From NCBI GenBank assembly GCA_964016885.1, contig OZ024743.1:368962001-369026000 (forward strand): a DNA stretch of 64,000 bases. Reading direction: 5' to 3'. This document shows, one piece after another, positions 46,179-59,939 of this stretch; positions within the stretch are counted from its first letter, which is position 1; each line of letters opens with the position of its first letter. Below the pieces are notes generated by a model. It was not told the origin of the DNA. It ran no database searches and saw only the letters and a list, made by a program, of their open reading frames with translations. The position numbers and the translations under genes were made by a program. The DNA is from Eledone cirrhosa. Taxonomy: Eukaryota.

Positions 46179-49100
46179 ATGTTAAGTCACTTCAGTTTGT
46201 TATATTATAAGAACACTTACACTTACATAAACACTGAAAACAAAACACTAATGGAGACCATCACGAACGACCCTTCGGTTTTCACCGAAGGGAAAACTTT
46301 CGCCCACTCTATTAAAAATAGCAAAAAACTGAACCTAAAACTGATTAGGGTCCCTATACAGACTTATAGGTCCCTAAAAGAAACATTTGAGAAGGATGTG
46401 GGGAATTCCTGCGTGAAACCACTCAACCGCGTCCTTCTCAAATGCCTTCCCACCCCAGGCACCCCCATCCCACCAGACCCCACCCCACCAAACATCTGCA
46501 TCCCCACCCCGCCGGAAACCACCAGCCATCCAGACAACCCCTCCAACACCCCCATGGAAATCGTGCGGCCTGGTCCCCAGGAGGCGAAGGGTGAGTGATC
46601 TCTTTTCCTCTTTTAACTTTTCAGCACCAACATGGCCAATATAAGAGTTGGATGTGTGAACGTACGCGGCCTGGGGATGCCCTGGAAACAGGGCAAACTC
46701 TTAAACGACCTCAGGTCGCACAGTATGGATGTGGTAGCCATTTGCGAGTCCAGGATCCACGGCGAGCGACAGCTGGCCCCCATCTTCGATGACTTTGAGA
46801 TCTACGCATCTCTCTGTCAACCGGGGGGAGGGGCGGAGTTGCCGTTTTGCTGCGGAAACACCTGGGCCTCGTAACACAGACAGTACATCTGGACCCGGAG
46901 GGTCGACTGGTGGTCCTAGACGTTGACGGTAGTGAAGGTGGAGCCTTCAGGCTGGTGGCCGCATATGCCCCATCCGGGACACCGCGGCCAGACTTCTTCA
47001 AACGTCTAGAGACTTTTCTGGGAACGTCCCGCTCCTTGCTTTTAGTGGGGGACTGGAATGGAATCCTAGATGCACGTTGGGACTATGTGGGAGCATGTCC
47101 CGATAAAGGGGGGTGTAACAGCCTCAAACAGTTAATCGACCGATTTGACCTGTCCGATAGATATCGACTAGATTTTCCGACTGCGCCAATGTGGACGTGG
47201 AGTAATCGTAGCGGAACATCTAGATCGTACCTAGATAGGGTTCTAGTTAGAAATAAGGATAGGGACATGTTAAGCTGTCCACAAATGTTCATGGTTGCCT
47301 ATTCAGATCACAAACTAGTGACCTGCATGGCCAACCTTGATAGAACCCATAGACAAGGACCCGGCTACTGGAAGCTGAACTTGTCGTTACCGACAAGCAA
47401 AGCCTACAGTAGACGGATTAGCACTTTAGTTAAACAGCACTTGACAGGGGCCATTGTCAACAACAGATGGTGGTACTCTCTCAAGAGGGCAGTTAGATTA
47501 GACTCGATAGTTTTTAGTAAAGAATTAGCGTTAGATAGAAATAGAACCGAGAAGGAACTGGTAGATAAAGTAGAAGAGGCAATTAGAAGTGGCAACGTAG
47601 CCAGCGTGCTAGCAACGAGAACGGCCTTGAACCAGTTCTTCGACGCAAAGCACGAGGGATGCGTTGTCAGAAGCAAAATACGTGCTCTGGGAAACGAGGG
47701 AGCCAAAGCTGTTAGCTGGGCCCGAGTGACGGAGGCAAAAAGTGGCAACAAGTCCACGATTCGGTCTTTGAAGGACCAAAACGGACGCGTGATACGTGAG
47801 CCGAAGCAGATGTGTGCGGCTTTTCAGCGGCACTTTGCTCGGCTGTTCGGGGGGAGCGGCGCGCCGGGAGAGGCTATGGATTTCGGTCCATACCTCGACG
47901 GCCTACCGCGACTCTCGGACAGCGAGGCAAAGTTCAGCGAAAAGCCGATTTCAGCCACTGAGATAGGGGACACGCTGAGCCAATGCGGCAAACGCAAATC
48001 TCCAGGTCTCGACGGTCTACCCTACGAATTTTACGTAGCAATGCCGGACTTATTCTCCGGTCTCCTGCAACTGGCAACAGAACGGGAGAATTCCCAGTTC
48101 TGTAACCGGGGGCGTGGTCACACTAATCAGGAAGGACGAGAATAAGGGGGATGACATAGGCAACTTCCGGCCCATAACTCTGCTAAACACAGAGTTACAG
48201 ACTTTGGCCAAGGTGTTGGCAAAGAGGCTGGCGCTTGTCGTCGAGAACCTGGTGGGAGAAGCGCAGACATGCGCAATCCCGACCAGGTCCATACACGACA
48301 ACCTCCACCTCATGCGATACATCATAGAGAGGGTAGGGTGTAAACCCGGCTTCGGTGGGGCCCTGATCAACTTGGATCAGTCTAAGGCTTTCGATAGGGT
48401 TGACCATCGTTACCTGGATGCGGTGCTCGAGGCGGCAGGCTTCGGACCCGTGTTCAGGGGCTGGATTGCTGCAATGCACAACAGCAACATCTGCTCAAGG
48501 GTCAAGGTGAACGGCTACCTCTCGGAGCCGTTCCATATTACGCGATCCATTCGACAGGGATGCCCTCTCTCCTCCCTTCTGTACGTACTGACTCTCGAGC
48601 CACTACTGCGGAAGCTGGAGCTATTGCAGGGCATCCCTCTGGAACCGGGACTGCGGAAAGCGGCGTCGGCCTATGCCGACAAGGTGACAGTAATGGTGTC
48701 GAGCGCCTCGCAGATCGAGGAAGTCGGCACCTTACTAAAGGAATACGAAAGTCTCACAGGAGTGAAGCTGAACCGGGACAAGTCCATCGGTTTGCAACTC
48801 GGATCGTGGAGAGGCAGACCGATGCCTTCCGATGGCGTCGTCGGACGCTGGACGGAAGGACCGGTAAAGCTGCTCGGGGTCTGGTTTGGTCCGGACCTCC
48901 AGGTGGAGAAGAACTGGAACGAAGTGACAGCCAAGGTGTTTGCACTCACCCAGAAGTGGGCCGAGTGCAAACTATCCTTGAAAGGTCGAGCGGAGGTGGC
49001 GAACACTTTTATAGCGTCCGCCATCTACTACCGCTTGACCGTCGTGCCTTGTCCAGCCAAAACGCTCGCCAAAATGGAGCGCGCGCTCTTCCGATTCCTT

Positions 49101-50300
49101 TGGAAGAGGCGGGCTCCTTTGGTGAGAAGATCCATCTGCTGCCAACACCCTTCTAACGGAGGGCTAGGGATGCCGTGGTTGACGATGCGCAAACACGCGC
49201 TCAGGCTGCGGCATCTCTACGTATTCCTCACCGGACAACCGGTGTGGGCCCCGTTCGTGAGGCGAGCCTTCCCACGACTCGTCTCGCTGACCGAGCTGCA
49301 GTCCTGGGTCAAGCAGAGACCGAGGAAAATGGGCGACTGGCACATCGAATGTGCTCAGGCGCTCACAGCCCTCTGGCAGGCGGACCCGGCGATCAGTGGA
49401 GACTCCACTTCGTCGTTCTATAGAGGGTTGGTCCGCAGCAAGTGCGACGACGCGCTCGGTGAAACTCTAGGCGTAGAGGAAGATGAACTGGCCAGTCTGT
49501 TCGGTAGGACCTTCTGCCCGGGACCGATGGACAACTTCCAAAAATCCCTGGCCTGGCAGTGCTACCGAGGAGCTCTACCAGTTCGAGACAAACTCTACAG
49601 ACATGGGCGCCCGGGCAGGGACCCTGCAAAAAAGATGTCGGAGGTGCGTGCGAGACGAAGAAACCGTCGCGCACGCATTCATACACTGCCCGGACGTCAC
49701 TGACCTGTGGGGCTATGTAGAACGACTATTGTCGCGGGTGGGACCAATCCAGTTGACCACCGAGTCCATTGTCATGATCAAACCGCCACCCTCCTTCAAA
49801 AACGAAGGAGAGGCGGTTTTCCTTTGTGTGATAGCTATGGCGAAAGAGGTTGTATGGTGGACAAGGTTGAAAGGGCTGAGGTCAGACACCTTTCTCTCCG
49901 GCCAACAACTGATTCTTTTTTTCAAATACCACTTTGGAAGAAGAATCAGGATGGAGAGAGAGGTGCTGTACCCCAGCAAGTTTTATGAAAGGTGGGTGAA
50001 AGTGGCGAGAATGGCCCGAGTGAATGGGCCTTCTCTCTATATCAGCCTGTAGGTTGAGGAAAAGGAGGAGGAGAGGAAAGGAGTACAAGCTCTTCGTACT
50101 CCTGGAGATGAGGGTTGCACATTTTTTTTCGGGGGTATGTGTTACCCATATAAACTGTCTCCCTCTATTGAGGAAAATCGACTAACTTTTTAAATTCCAT
50201 TTGTGATAACATTTTACACGTTTTTATTGTATGTAAACTTCCCCCTTTGTATTTGTCCCCTTCTTTTGTGCCCCTGTGGCTAATAAAGAAATATATATTA
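46179..50300 (+). mobile_element. Tx1/L1-clade LINE (copy 2, different subfamily), truncated in ORF1
   Basis: ORF1 tail, ORF2 and a 3' UTR ending CCCCTGTGGCTAATAAAGAA followed by (TA)n. Confidence 0.93.
46632..50052 (+). pseudogene. Tx1 ORF2 (APE-RT-zinc finger) with three frameshifts and YADD changed to YADK
   Basis: NVRGL, GDWN, SYLDR, SDH, GPGYWKLN, RPITLLN, LDQSKAFDRV, RQGCPLS and CRRC..ETVAHAFIHC. Confidence 0.92.
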
Positions 50301-51611
50301 TAAGAATTATTTCATTTAGGTAAATTCTGTTTAAGAACTAGATATTTATGTAGATATGCATGTATGTCTATGTCTGTGTGTATATGTATGTGAGTGTGTG
50401 TACGTATGTGTGAGTGTTTCTTTAGATTACTTTAACTATAGGATCTTTCTATGTAAATATGTGTGTATGTATTATGTGTATGAATGTATGTATGTATGTT
50501 CTGGTTTTATAATTTCACAAATTTTTGCCAATAACGAGAGAGTCGGTTTCTAACATAGACACAAGACTCTCTCATTAGAATTTACACAACATCAACTTGG
50601 TAGATATGTATGTTTGTGTATGTATGTTAACCAGACACTCTTCATTGTATGTTTACTTCTGTGTGTATGAATTTGTGAGTATGTGTGTGTCTGTAAGCAG
50701 GTGACTCTTTGGTGTGTGTGTATGTTGATGTGTGCAAGAATGAATGTAAAGAAAACACCTTCTATATATATATTTGAATTTGAATATGGGTGTGTGTATC
50801 AATCAAACATACACTCTTTTGTGTATGTTTGATTTTGTATATGTATGTGTGTATCTATGAATGTAAGCAAGTCACTCTTTTTTGTATGTTTGTGTGTGAA
50901 TCAATGGAATCTCTGTGCCCGTCTGTGTATATTTGTGAGGATATCTGTGTGTATGTGTGTGTATACATATATATACATTCATGTGTGTGCTTGTATATAC
51001 ATGTATATGTGTATATACGTGTGTGTGTGTTTGTGTAGACATGCATATGTGTATATACATGTGTGTGTATGTGAGTGTGTATATGTGTATGCCTGCACTT
51101 AAAAGACATCCCTATAATGGTATCATAATACCACTCACAAACACTATGTTTCCTTTACTTCAGACTTGTGGCCTACTGCCCTACTGTTGACCTCTCAAGC
51201 TCACTGAAAACTGACAGTTTTTATTTATTCATTTATTTTATTTTTGCCCTCCCCCTTTTTTTTTGTTAACTGCCTTGTGAGTCTGGGTGAAATAATATGA
51301 TATATGAAGGAGGTGTATGATGGATTAATACAAACTTCAAATTTAGCTTTTTATCTAAGTTTATCCAGAATTTTTTTACTAGTAAGAGTATGTTATTAAT
51401 CAGAATAAAAGCCAAGCTTACAATTTTCTGGATTTAAATATTCTATCTATTACCCCCATCTGATTATGTCCCATCATAACTTTGTTAAGAGTTCCTATTT
51501 AGTAGGGTGTAGGATCTGTCGCTCCCTTCCCCCTCTCCCCTTCTTTAAGTTCTTCTTTCATTTTGTTTCTTTTCTTTTTCTTCTATTTTTCATTTTCTTA
51601 TTGATTTATAT

Positions 51612-51906
51612 AAATTCTTTTCAGACCGGGTGATGTGTTGTTTCCTTGAGCAAGACACTTTATTTCACATTGCTCCAGTTTACTCAGCTGTAGAAATGAG
51701 ATGGTAAGGACTGGGGTCCATATCATTCCACTGCAAAGTGGTCGTGGAGGTGCCATGGCAAAAAAGCACCCAGTACTCACTGTAAATGAGGTTGGTGTTA
51801 GGAAGGGCATCCAGCTGTAGAAATCAAGCCAGTATCAGTTCCCGTCCCACCCTTGCAAGCAGGGAAAAGTGGACGTAAAATAAAATGATGAAATGATGAT
51901 GATGAT
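51612..51906 (+). mobile_element. CORE-type SINE body with RTE-like tail
   Basis: TTCCTTGAGCAAGACACTTTATTTCAC (CORE-like), GGAAGGGCATCCAGC and (GAT)n. Confidence 0.85.
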
Positions 51907-52489
51907 ATGAATCTTTGAATCTGCTGTTGTAAAATTGAAATAATCCCTTTGTAAACTTGTATCTGCAACAGTTTCAAATTAAAAAAAAATAAATGCAGAA
52001 TAATGGGACTTTAGAAGGGGGAAGGTGGGAGGGTGGGACATCATCATCACCACAAACAATAACCAACATATACACAAAAACCACCACCACTATGACTTCA
52101 ACCACACAAAATAATCAGTCACCATAATTACTACTACAACCCCACCCCACCCTAACCACCACCACCACTACTATTACTACTACCAACCCCACCCCACCTT
52201 AACCACCACGATCTTCACTACCCAAACTATAACTGAATTCACCCTTATCATTATCAACACCACCATCACCACCAATGTGTTTACTTGGCCTGCTGGAAAT
52301 AGCAGTACAATCTCCCTCAAATAGCACTATGTCATTATAAAGAAAGTAAAGGGCTGCATTGTTTAATGAAGTTACAATATTGGTATGGAATGGTCCCCGT
52401 AACCTCTGATGGAGTCATAGGGATGATGTATTGACATAAAGTGTTTCTAAAGCATTTTTAACCCTTTAGCATTTAAATCAGTCAAATCT

Positions 52490-53020
52490 GGCCTCAAAAA
52501 AGATTGAAGTGTTGGTCATTGCTGGAATGTCTTTGATCAAGTCTACCTGGAGGAAAACAATAACCCTCTTCCAATTCAAATGAAGTAAATCCCTAATGCG
52601 GAACATGATGTGTTGTGACTCGTTCTCTACCTCCAGCCTAGTCGCTTCGGCCACAAACCTGGGCATCACTGCCTGCAATGCACAGGAGACAAAGACAAAT
52701 ACCAGGGCTTCACTGACTGCTTTCATTTCAGACTTCTGGTGTCCTCAAACCCTGCAATACTGATTTCCTCCTCAAAATCAAAAAGGCAGCAGCCTGCCTG
52801 AGGAAAAAGCCCTATGAGGTGGAGTGCTTGTTGCAGTGTCACTGGCCATTTTCCTTTGCAATTTCTTCGCCATTCTGTCTGTGGGGCCCAGCAGAATCAC
52901 CACACAGACTGGGATGTAGAATCTGTCCCTCTATTTCCCTATCCTTTTCTTTCATTGCTTAATTCTTGTGGGTTTTTTTCTTTTTCTTCTTTACCTTTCC
53001 TTTTTTGTTTAATTTAAATA
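52490..53020 (+). pseudogene. CRE-clade LINE endonuclease/3' end
   Basis: ITLFQFK..SLM..CCDSFSTS..TSGVL; homologous to 35240-35760 and 34845-35060. Confidence 0.7.
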
Positions 53021-53679
53021 TTATCATCATCATCATCATCATTCCTGTCATCAGCAACACTGGAAGAAAAGTCTCTTCTTAAGTGTTGTCCTGTTAAAAG
53101 AAACTCTTTGTTGTCTACCTCCTCCACCATCCCCTCTCCCCACTACTACACACATTTTCTACTATCTGTCTTTCATTTCTATTTGCCTCTACTACTACTA
53201 CCACCACCAACATTACCACCACAACCACCTCCACTACCACCACTACTACAACCACTAGCACCACAACCACCACCACTTCTACCCTCAAGACCACCACAAC
53301 CACCACCACCTGTACCACTACTACCACCATCACTGTCGACCCAGCCACCACTACCACCACTGCTAAAATCCTCAAACACACTCTCACATACATATACACA
53401 CATGCACTTACACAAAACTGATCTAATGAGTTTAAAAAGTTATAACTGTGGATCAGTTTACTGTGTGTGATCTGTATTTACTACTGTATGTATGTGTGAG
53501 ATCTATTTAAGGGTTAGTCTGCCTCATGGTCTCAGTAATTAGAATGAAGATATTACCCTAGAGGATGGTGAGGGAAACATGCTGGAACAGCCACACTAAC
53601 TTGTGGGCTCGCTCTTGCGGTTACAAAATACACAATTCCAACCCACTGATATTTTCTGGTTTTATGTTTTTAAAATAAT

Positions 53680-53880
53680 TTTTAAGCAGGTCCTGGCTCA
53701 AGTCAATATCCCATCAATTCTTGAGCTATTTTCCAGGTTTGATGGAAAGGAGCCTGATGATCTTACCCTTTGCCCCTGGGTATGAGGTAGATGTGTAATT
53801 TGGTATGCCATAGTGAGTGACTCTTTTGATTCTTCCCACATCCTGGATACTGCAGTCTGTAGCCAGATGCAATAGCATTT
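53680..53880 (+). pseudogene. CRE-like endonuclease remnant
   Basis: IPSILE..RFDGKEPDDLTLCPW..VIW..VSDSF. Confidence 0.55.
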
Positions 53881-54736
53881 TAAAATACCAGGAATTATCA
53901 GCAAACTATTCTATTAGCCTGTGGTGCTTGAGATATTTGGTGGAACTGGGCCACTGACAACACGGTTCTAGTCACAGCTCGCCTTATTAATATATCAAGT
54001 GATATTAATGAGGGTACTATCAACCATTGCAATGATGTGTGTCTTAACTTGCCTACAAAATTATTAGAGGGAATCTTCAGCTCCTTTTGTTTGGCATATA
54101 ATTGAGTGTGCATGTCTTCTCTAACTTTTGTTTGCTTTTATTTTTTCTTGATAGAACAAAATAGAAATCTGTTTTATTTTCAATGTAATGTTATTAAGAA
54201 AAATGAATGAAGAAGAAAAAAAATATAAAAATATTTTGTTTACATTAAAAAGAATTTTTCACTGAAAGACATTATGCAGCAAAAGCCTTTAAGAAGTCTT
54301 GCAAATTCATCCTGTGTTAATGGATATCTCCACCTGAGACATTGACCTTTTAGTAAAAAGCCCACTTGTAGAACAGAGATGTTAAAGGATTTAGCATGTG
54401 TGTGGGTATGTGAGTATGTGTGTGTGTGAATATATGTGTATGTAAGTATGTGTGTGTGTGGAGGGGGGTTGTTCATATGTGTGTGTTAATGTTTACAATA
54501 TAATTAAAGCTAAACACTTTCCTTCTTTTACTTTTTGTTAATGTTACATTACAATTATGGCATTTGGTTTTATTTTTCAAATGATAGTCTTTTTGGTTCA
54601 TTTATTTTTTTTTTATGAGAAAAAAATATTTTAAAAGTAAACATGATGAAAACAATTATATAGGGAACACATATTTTCATCATTGAAGTTTTATTTCCGC
54701 TTTCCCAGCTACCATAAGTAGTAATATAATTATATA

Positions 54737-55313
54737 TATTAGGTTTGAAAGAAAGTTTTCAAATTTTTTATGACTTTGGTGTTTCTTAACATCAGAAAAA
54801 TTTTACCACTCAAAATAATCACCATCATTTGTGATTACCATCTGCAATCCTTTAGGAAAACATATGATTCCACCTCTGCAGAAATTATCTGGCTTTGATA
54901 CAAAGAATTCCATCAGCCACTGATTTAACTGGTCTGCATTGGTCTTTGACAGCATTGCATTGCTCATTGAGAGAAAAATGGTGATAGTCTGTAGGTGCGA
55001 GGTCAGATAAATATGGCAGTTTGGGACAGAACCTCCCAAGCTAGCTCCAGCAGCTTCTCACAGGTTATCCTTGATGTATGTAGCTGAGTGTTATCATGAA
55101 GGAATCAATGAAAACCATGGTGTGGGTGCACCTGTGCGATTTTTGCTGCTAATCTGTCAAGTTTTTGGCAATCGACATCTGAGGTTATGCTGATATTTGG
55201 TGGCAGCAGCATGTAATGGATGACACCTTTCCAGTCCCACCAGACACTCTGTAGGACCTTGCAAGAGAGGAGGCCAGCCTTTGCTTGCTATCATGGCATC
55301 TTTATAAACCCAC
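54737..55313 (-). mobile_element. Mariner (Tc1/mariner) transposon, 3' half
   Basis: HDN, SDLAPTDYH and NDGDYFE; TIR-like TATTAGGTTTG. Confidence 0.8.
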
Positions 55314-55699
55314 TATAGAAAGGATGAGAAGTTAAATGTTTCCTATATCTTTTTATAACTGCAAGTTAAAATCTTCTAAGGATCTTGTTTTTTACAAACA
55401 ATATAGTTGATGAGTTGGTTGCTTCTTGTGACATGCTTCTGACTTCCAGGATATAAATAAATATCTCTTTAACGCTCAATCCTCTTTAAAAATAATCTTT
55501 ATTGTTGAAAGGAATATAGTAGGAGTCATTCTGAAATAATTCTTCACGCTTCCATAGTCATCTCCTGGTCTCCAGTGTACTGTGGTTTTTCACCAGAGAG
55601 AGAGTGACCATGTATTCATACGCGATTTACCATTGGTCAGTTTAACCTTATTGCATATGAAAATGTTGCTATTGCGAGGTACGACGTAGTTCCACTACA
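55314..55699 (-). repeat. 3' LTR
   Basis: TGTAG...CTATA on the minus strand; aligns to 59940-60346; PPT AGCAGAGGGTGA at 55700-55711. Confidence 0.93.
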
Positions 55700-55821
55700 T
55701 CACCCTCTGCTTAGACTGGAAAACAGTCGATAAAAATGAGGAGAAAATGTCTGCAAAGGTAACATAAGTCATGCAAAGCAAATACAAAAATGAAGAAAAA
55801 AGAGAAAAAAAAAAGAATTGT

Positions 55822-58800
55822 TCATATGTAAATTGTTTTACAAAGTTTCTTGGGCCAATGGACATGATGACCACTACGAGTTGTCATGATGTATGTTGAA
55901 GGTAAAGGAGTGTTTGTATGTGATTGTGATGCTTGCGGTGGTGTTTGTATTGGCACATTGTAGGAGGGGGGAGTATGAGGCTCTGGTGTGAGAGCATCTG
56001 TGTAGGCCCGCTTTAGTCTGTCAATAGAGACTGTGTCTTTATGTCCATTAAAGTCAATGGTGAAATGTATGTGCAAGTACGCGATAGGGTCCAGAATAAG
56101 GTGGAGTGAGAGGACTTCTCCCTGCGTCATTTCTGACAAAAACATGGGTCCACGAGGCAATGTCCCTCGGAACCGAGGATTTAATGGCTTGTTGCCTAGT
56201 GTTCATAGGAGGTAGGACTTGAAAATATGAACGCAAACGGGTCACATAGAGTGTAGTATCCTGAGTAGAAAGGTCGACTGGGGAAAGCATCTGCCCTGCC
56301 AAAGATGAAGTAGTACCGTACAAAAGCTCAGTTGGAGAGAATCCAAAGTCCTCTTTAATTGACGTGCGGATACCGAGTAATACTATGGGGAGGTAGTCGC
56401 TCCAATGTAGAGTATCCAGATAGCCATGCAATGCGGCCTTTGACTGGCGATGAAAACGCTCTACCATTCCATTAGATGCAGGATGGTAACTGGTAGTCCT
56501 GATGCATTGAGCGCCGATGATATTTGATAGATCCGTGAAAAGTTGAGATTCGAACTGCCTACCACGGTCTGTAGTAATAGTGGTAGGAACTCCATAGTGC
56601 GATATCCATCCTGAAACCAGGGCTCATGCTACTGATTCAGCAGTTATGTCATTAAGAGGGATGGTTTCAGGCCATCGGGTGAAATGGTCAATGCAGGTCA
56701 GGATGTAGGAACATCCACGACTGGCAGGCCAAGGTCCCACGATATCGATATGTATGTGGCAAAAATGTGCGCCAGGTGTGCTAAATGTGCCGAGAGGTGC
56801 GCGAATATGTTTATGCACCTTCGACTTCTGATAAGACAAACAGGAACATGACCAAGCAATGATATCACATCTCATATTCGGCCAGAAGAATCTAGCTGAA
56901 ATGAGTTTTACTGTGGCGGAAATTCCAGGGTGTGCCAAACTGTGTAGAGAGTCGGAAACTATTCGACGATGAGTCTCTGGTACCAGAGGGCGAGGGGAAT
57001 CTGTCGCAGTATCACACAGAATCTGAGAGTCCGAAGTGGGTACAGGGAGGTATTTGAATTTGCAGGTTGCTAATTCAGGTGAAGAGAGATCCAACGACTC
57101 TAGGGTGGGCTGTTCTGCAGCCATAAGATGCAAGTCAATATTCACAGGTGCTGACAAGGAATTGATGGGTAGGCGAGATAAGTTATCCACTGCTGTATTT
57201 TGTTCCCCAGGTATATGACGAATGTCATTTGTAAACTGGGATATAAAGTCCAAATGATGAGTTTCTCGAGGTGAGTATTTGTCCGGATTGAAACTAAGTG
57301 CGAACATAAGTGGACGATGGTCAGTATAGATCGTAAATTGTCATCCTTCCAGTGAATGCCGAAAGTGTTTGACAGCATGGAAAATGGCTAACAGTTCACG
57401 GCCAAAGGTGCTATAGTGGGATTCGGCGGGCTTTAGCTACTTTGCAAAGAAAGCAAGAGGTTGAAGCTGTTGTTGGTGATGCTGTTTGAATACTGCACCT
57501 ACTGCTGTGCTTGCATCCACAACCAGCGAAAACTGGGCACCAGACACAGGGTGTACAAGCAGAGATGCGTTTGCTAAGTTCTGTTTAGCTTTGGAGATTG
57601 CTTCAAGTTGCATGGGTCCCAACGCGATTGGTTCGTTCTTCTTCTTTCTGTTACGCAGTAGATCAAATAGTGGAGCTAAGAGTTCTGCGCAATGCGGGAT
57701 AAACCATCGATAATAATTAAGGAGGCCCAGGAACTGCCGCAGCTGTCGCAAGGAAGTAGGCGGAGGGAGTTCCTGAAGAGCCTTCACTTTTTCAGGAAGT
57801 GGGAATATTCTTTCAGAGTTAATCATGTGGCCTAAAAAGACGAGTGAAGCAGCGCCGAAAATGCACCTTGCAGGGTTAATATGAACTTGGTTATGCCTAA
57901 ATCGTTCGGGTCCTCTGGTGAAGCACTCGCGATGAGAATATCGTCGATGTAACAATATACAAAGTCTAGGTCACGGACGACTTCATCCATAAATCGCTGG
58001 AAGGTACTAGCAGCATTGTGTAATGTGTAGTGACAGCAGTTTTAGGAATGTCCGCAGGATTCACAGGAATTTGATGATATGCTCTGATCAAGTCCAATTT
58101 TGAAAAGATAGTACATCCGTGAAGTGAAGAAGCGAAATCCTGGATGTGAGGAATTGGGTAACGGTCCAGCACGGTGATTGAATTTAATCGCCGAAAATCT
58201 CCAGTGGGACACCAGTCTCTCGAACGTTTCGGTACCATGTGCAAAGGTGAGGCCCATGGACTGGAGGAAGGGCGAATGATGCCCAACTGCAGCATATGAT
58301 TAAACTCTGCCTTAGCCGCTTTCAATTTTTCCTGAGGAAGGCGATGCAGGCGTGAAAAAACTGGAGCACCCCTAGTCTCAATAAAATGCATGGTAGAGTG
58401 AGTAGGGGTATCTACTGCAAAGTTCAGATTAGTTAATTCCAGAAAGGAATACACAAGTGCATGATAAGGGTCATCCGAAGCAGCGATGTAGAAGACTGGA
58501 CGGAAAGACTGGATTACTGAAGTACGTCAGGTGCAGAAAGATTCATAGTTGTGTCTAATAAATGATGTGTCCGCATATCAACCATAAGATTGAAATGATG
58601 CAAAAAATCAGCACCCAGAATATGGCAAATCAGCTATGGTGAAAATCCATGAGAAATATCTACGTAAATCCAGGTCCAAAGAGCGAGAGATTTGTCTATA
58701 CGTAGGGGTAGCAGAATGGTTTATAGCTTGTAGTGATATCTGTGAGAGAAGAAGTTTCTCCCTCAAGAGTTTTAAAGACCAAATGCTGCAAGACGTACCT

Positions 58801-58860
58801 GTGTCGATGAGGCAGCGTGCATACGAGAAGGAATCTGTAATGAAAAATGCACGACTTTGA
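55822..58860 (-). pseudogene. Gypsy pol (protease, RT, RNase H, integrase), fragmented
   Basis: [71 protein letters not shown] and VERFHR. Confidence 0.92.
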
Positions 58861-58899
58861 GTACAGGATTGCAGAGAAGACGTTGTGCTTAATTCTCCG

Positions 58900-59803
58900 T
58901 AACTTCATTTCCCTGGTATAAAAAGGAACAAGGCTGGATACATTTATGAGCAGAGGCCCCGAAACGGCTATGGTACTAGCATGATTGCGATGGTGAAGGT
59001 TGGAAACGACGATGTGAAGATTGCAAGTGATTTCGCAACCATTGTCGGGGAGATCATGATCTGGATAAACAAAGAAGTTGTACCTCCTTTGTTAGGTCAC
59101 GGATGGCCTTGAGCGTTGTTTCGTTGGTCGAAGTGGCGCTGGCTGAAACTGATGCAACAGCAAAAGGTGAAGCCTTTGTTGCAAGTCGTGATGGGGTGGT
59201 AGTGGTCGAATTGCCAGAGTACTCCAAGATTTTATCAGCGGATGAAGCCAACTGATCCACCGAACTGGTTTCGGTCATTGCTGCTAAAATGGCCTGAACA
59301 TTAGGAGGCAGCCTAGAGAAAAAAAACTGTTTGATCATGGCGCTGTCAGCTGGTGCATCTTCCACAAGCTCTCTCATCCTCTGTAAGAGCTGAGTAGGTC
59401 TACAGTCGCCTAGATGCACATCGTTCACTAGGGTACAGAACTTCCTTTCCGCCGAGACAGAAGTATGGTTGAGAATTTCTTTTTGTATGCTGCTATAAAT
59501 AGCCTCCAGAGACGGGTCGGTAATTAAGTCCTTAACCGTTGATGTTAAGGAAGCAGGAATGACACTCAGTAAAAGATGGAGCTGTCTAGAGTCGGACAAA
59601 ATATTATGTGCGAAGAAAAACGATTCTATCTGTGTAAGCAAGATCCGCACATCACCGCCAAACACCGGTAGTGAATTATTTGCCATTACAGGAGAAAGAC
59701 GTTCGTAAACTTCACCGCAATAGCTGTGAACAAAACATGTAAAAAAAATTTCAAAGTTCCAGGGTGTCATTGCCACAGTAGAGAGTGCGCTTCTGTAGGC
59801 CAA
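58900..59803 (-). pseudogene. Gypsy gag
   Basis: LGDCRPTQLLQRMREL, FFSRLP and C*YHSRFGASAHKCIQPC (CHCC motif). Confidence 0.85.
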
Positions 59804-59924
59804 AGTGAAAGCATGGGAATCAGTGAGGAAGAAGAAGGTGAGACGCCATGTTGGACAAGAATGTCATGTGCGAAGAAAAAATTGCTTGTTATTGTCGGGT
59901 CGACATTTTTTTTTTTTGTGAGAA

Positions 59925-59936
59925 GTCGGGTCACCA
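59925..59936 (-). promoter_or_regulatory. Primer-binding site (tRNA-Trp-like)
   Basis: TGGTGACCCGAC just downstream of the 5' LTR; the tRNA-Trp 3' complement is TGGTGACCCCGAC. Confidence 0.8.
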
Positions 59937-59939
59937 TTT

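Noticed and set aside
50350-51110. Cys/Val/Tyr-rich ORFs
   Set aside because: Decayed (TG/TA)n simple repeats; the same applies to 25615-26420.
53108-53470. Proline-rich and glycine-rich ORFs
   Set aside because: Degenerate (CCA/CTA)n low-complexity tract; no splice or domain support.
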